In this document: one piece after another, positions 60,921 to 64,000 of the stretch | How the letters are laid out: every line of letters begins with the position of its first letter | How positions within the stretch are numbered: the stretch's first letter is position 1 | Assembly (NCBI GenBank): GCA_013239625.1 | Contig: MU057347.1 | Coordinates: forward strand, 7,206,720-7,270,719 | DNA: 64,000 bases | Reading direction: 5' to 3' | Source: Lama guanicoe | Taxonomy: Eukaryota | Position numbers and translations under genes: made by a program | Notes under the pieces: model-generated | The model's database searches: none | Told to the model about the DNA's origin: nothing | Seen by the model: the letters and a program-made list of their open reading frames with translations, nothing else

Positions 60921-61649
60921 AGACTTTCTTCCAAAATTATGAAGGAAAATGAATTCTAAGCAAAAAAATTTACTCCCAGCCAAATAGTTATCAAGTCTGA
61001 GAATAAAATAAGGATATTTTCAGCCATGAGAAGTCTTTAGTTTTTGACCTCTCATGCATTTTTTTAAGACACAACTAGAGAAGGTGCTCCACCAAAATGT
61101 GTATATAAACTAAGAAAGAGGAAGAGAAGATACAGAAAACAGGAAATCCAACCCAGCAGTGAGCGAGAAGTAGGGTGGGGCAGGGAGAGCTCTGATTGAC
61201 ATCTGTGTTAAGGCAACCAGGTCAGATGGGAGCATGTCAGAGCCATGGGGAGCGACCTCTCCCAGAAGGAGACTGATAGAAGGTCTGATGTGATTAAGTG
61301 TCTTGATAGGTGATTTAGGCAAATAGCAAGGAGCCGGGGTTGAACCAGTGATGAACAGCAAACGAAGCCTCAGAAAAAAACCAAGACAAATATTAACTCC
61401 AGGGAAATTAGAAGTTTTGGTGGGGGCAAGAAATGTAATAATAGTTTAACACCTGGCTCAGTCATGAAGAGTGTTTACACAGCCATAATAATATAAACAT
61501 TAAACATCGATCTTAATGAAATTATGATAGATTCACGCTGGGAGGGTGAAGGCAGGTAAGAAGTATGTATGAGTGTGGAAGGAACAGGTAGAGGAAAGAT
61601 AGTTAAATCCTCACCTTCCATGGTGGGAAATCAAGACATAATGCCTACA

Positions 61650-62456
61650 ATGGCAGCAATGTGAATGGACCTAGAGATTTTCACAGAAAATAAAGTAAAT
61701 CAGAGAAAGACAAATATCATAATGATATCACTTAGATGTGGAATCTAAAAAAATGACACAATGGACTTACTTACAAAACAGAAACAGATTCACAGACATA
61801 GAAAATGAATTTATGGTTGCCAAAGGGGAAAGGAGGGGGAGGGATAAATTAGGAGTTTGGGATTATCAGCTACAAGCTACTGCATATAAAATAAACAAGG
61901 TCTTCATGTATAGTAAACATATATTATTTTTGCATATGTAAAATATATACATATATTAAGAAAATAGAACTACCCAAACATAAGATATATGTTTATATAT
62001 TTATTATAGAGAGAGATAAAATATAATAAATATATAAAATAGCACAGAAACCATATTCAATAGCTTGTAATAATGAAAAAGAATATATATAATAGAATAA
62101 ATATGTATAAAGAATATATATAATATTCTTTTTCATTATAGGTTATTACAAGCTTATATACATAGGATATACATATATAACTGAATCACTATGCTATATG
62201 TCAGAAACCAACACAAAATTGTAAACCAACTATACCTATACTTCAATAAAAATAAAAGCAAGCACAAATGAAAAAGTTGCAAAATCCTAGGGGGGAGGGT
62301 AGAGCTCAAGTGGTAGAGCACATGCTTAGCATACACAAGGTCCCGGGTTCAATCCCCAGTACCTCCTCTAAAAATAAACATAAATAAAAATAAACCTAAT
62401 TACCTCCCCTCCAAAAAAGGTCAAAAAAATGCAAAATCCTAAAAAAAAAAATCTTT
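61650..62456 (+). mobile_element. Artiodactyl-type L1 3' end, rearranged
   Basis: 'tggacctagagatt...acagaaacagattcacagacatagaaaa...ataactgaatcact'; TSD AAGACATAATGCCTACA (61633-61649)/AAGGCATAATGCTTATA (62457-62473), 14/17 identical. Confidence 0.9.
62290..62429 (+). mobile_element. tRNA-derived camelid SINE (vic-1 type)
   Basis: G-run head, A-box 'agctcaagtgg', B-box GGTTCAATCCC (62346-62356), 'aaacctaattacctcccc' tail; perfect 12-bp TSD TGCAAAATCCTA (62278-62289, 62430-62441). Confidence 0.9.
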
Positions 62457-62561
62457 AAGGCATAATGCTTATATCTGAAAAAGCAAGAAGTACTAATACA
62501 AACATGTTTTGTAAAGACACTGAGATAAATATCCAAACCTACACCAAATAAAACTAAAACT

Positions 62562-62632
62562 ATGTACACCAGAAATTGATACAACATTGTAAACTGTCTA
62601 TAACTCAATTTAAAAAAAAAAAGAAAAAAACC
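62562..62632 (+). mobile_element. Very short L1 3' terminus with A-tail
   Basis: 'tgtacaccagaaattgatacaacattgtaaactg...tcaattt(a)n'; CTAAAACT on both sides (62554-62561, 62633-62640). Confidence 0.8.
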
Positions 62633-63289
62633 CTAAAACTGTAAGAGAAAACCAAGACTGCTCTCAGAAAGATAACAACAAACCATACCCAACAAATTGA
62701 GACCCAAAAATAAAACTTGTTCATGGGCACCTCCTCTCCCTACACCTGCCCCTCAGTAGCTCTTCAGGTCCCCCTCCATCAACCAGGCTCTAGCGTAAGA
62801 CAGGCTGGAATTCACAGCTGTGTATGTGTGTATTCTTGGGTTTGGGCAGCTCAGTCCTATTTTCTTAATATATTTTTTTTCTTTATACATAGAGAGAAGT
62901 ATGTAAACATATTTTCTATATATATTATAAATATATATTTTAAGAAAACAGAACTGCCCAAACACAAGAATATGTATATTTATGTATTTATTATATACAG
63001 AAAAACTATAATAAATATATTAAATACATAAATACATATATACTATGGGGGGAACCAATCAGATTTTTTAAAAAAACAAACTTCAGGTATTTGAACAAGA
63101 TGCTCCTTCTATTTGGAACCCTTCCCAGGCTCCCCATCATCTATTCTCTGATGCCTTGCTTGTCTCACTCTCCACTGTGCAGGTCTCAGAAGCCCTTCAC
63201 CAGGTCATGGGACTCTCCCTGGCTGCTGTAGCCATGTAAGTCCTCCTCGGGTGGCAAACAGCACGGAGGACTTGATGGCAGTACAGTGC

Positions 63290-63440
63290 TCGCACTGTAC
63301 ATAATAATATGATTATTGTCAGAGTCCGTCCTTATGGGGCAGGGACCATGACTGGTTCACTGCTCCACTCCCAGTGCCCATCATGGTGCCACCACCTAGC
63401 TGATGCTCAATACATATTTGTCGAATTGCATTAATTCAAC
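63290..63440 (+). mobile_element. LINE-2 3' end
   Basis: 'gggcagggaccatg...ttcactgct...cccagtgccca...gctcaatacatatttgtcgaat'. Confidence 0.8.
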
Positions 63441-63559
63441 ACATTGAATTTCAATGATGGATGGAGAGTAGTGGGATGCAAAGGTGAGGTGTGGTTGTAT
63501 CTGTGGGGGCTGTGGGGGGTTTTTTAATCTGATTCATCCCCACCCCACCAAAAAAAGTG

Positions 63560-64000
63560 AAGGATAAAGAAACTGGTCCTAAAGTATGCAATTGAGAGTG
63601 GTAACAAAGGGGGCTACGGGGCTTAGTGGGGTCTTAATGACCTTGGAAATGACTTTCACCTTTAAAGGAAGCTGAAAGCCACTGAAGAATGGTAAGCAGA
63701 GGAGTGACACTGTCAGAGGTACATTTCAGAAAAAGCATCCAGGATGCTGTGTGGAGAAAGAATTATGGGACCCAGAGTGCCAGCAAGGAGACCCACAAGA
63801 TGGTTCTGGAGGTCTTCCAGAAGAGAGACAGTGGTGGGCTGGAGCAGGGCTGCTGGAGGAGACAGATGTGGCAAAGGCAAGGCAGAGAATGCTTCCGAGA
63901 AAAACTGTAAGCCTTAAAGATGGAAGAGATGATGGATGTGAGGTCTGGGGGGTGGTGAAGTGGAGGAAGTGAAAAACAGTGATGGAAGTTTGCAGCTTGG
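63560..64000 (-). mobile_element. LINE-2 fragment
   Basis: 'agccactgaag...taagcagaggagtgaca...tttcagaaaaagcat...gctgtgtggagaa'. Confidence 0.8.

Larger units (their letters stand above)
58990..62700 (+). mobile_element. HAL1-like ancient half-L1 element hosting nested insertions
   Basis: ORF1-like remnant 'KAEQKDKVENREKMRKLENQ'; 'aacaggaaatccaaccca', 'gcaaccaggtcagatgggagc', 'aaatcctcaccttccatgg'; no ORF2 seen. Confidence 0.65.

Noticed and set aside
62290-62370. tRNA-like sequence
   Set aside because: It is the head of a SINE with an AT-rich tail and TSD, not a tRNA gene.
63455-63464. Perfect PBX-HOX1 site TGATGGATGG
   Set aside because: Lies next to the degenerate simple-repeat tail of an L2, where such words arise readily.
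1-64000. Assignment to a named locus or lncRNA, or a prokaryote-style novel system
   Set aside because: No exon or landmark I can recognise with confidence; the sequence is mammalian non-coding DNA with no operon, array or enzyme gene.

Overview
Mammalian non-coding genomic DNA, most likely a camelid (alpaca/camel), based on a tRNA-derived vic-1-type SINE at 62290-62429 and artiodactyl-type L1 3' ends. I found no credible protein-coding gene, rRNA, functional tRNA or CRISPR array. The ORF track is essentially noise; the only ORFs with recognisable homology are decayed L1 ORF2 / HAL1 ORF1 remnants. The window is a mosaic of ancient interspersed repeats (MIR, L2, MLT1/ERVL LTRs, hAT and Tigger MITEs, L1M, HAL1) and about a dozen repeat-free islands rich in homeodomain, PBX-HOX, MEIS, SOX and FOX motifs. 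This is the pattern expected of a gene desert or large intron near a developmental regulator; the locus itself could not be identified. Most notable: (1) the seven N-runs look like in-place masking of conserved sequence rather than ordinary assembly gaps; (2) a dense array of candidate conserved enhancers; (3) a multi-layer nested transposon stack at 59-62.7 kb carrying local template-switch rearrangements. I saw no evidence for a genuinely new biological system. Repeat family names come from recalled consensus sequences, not a database search, and boundaries are approximate unless a TSD is given.
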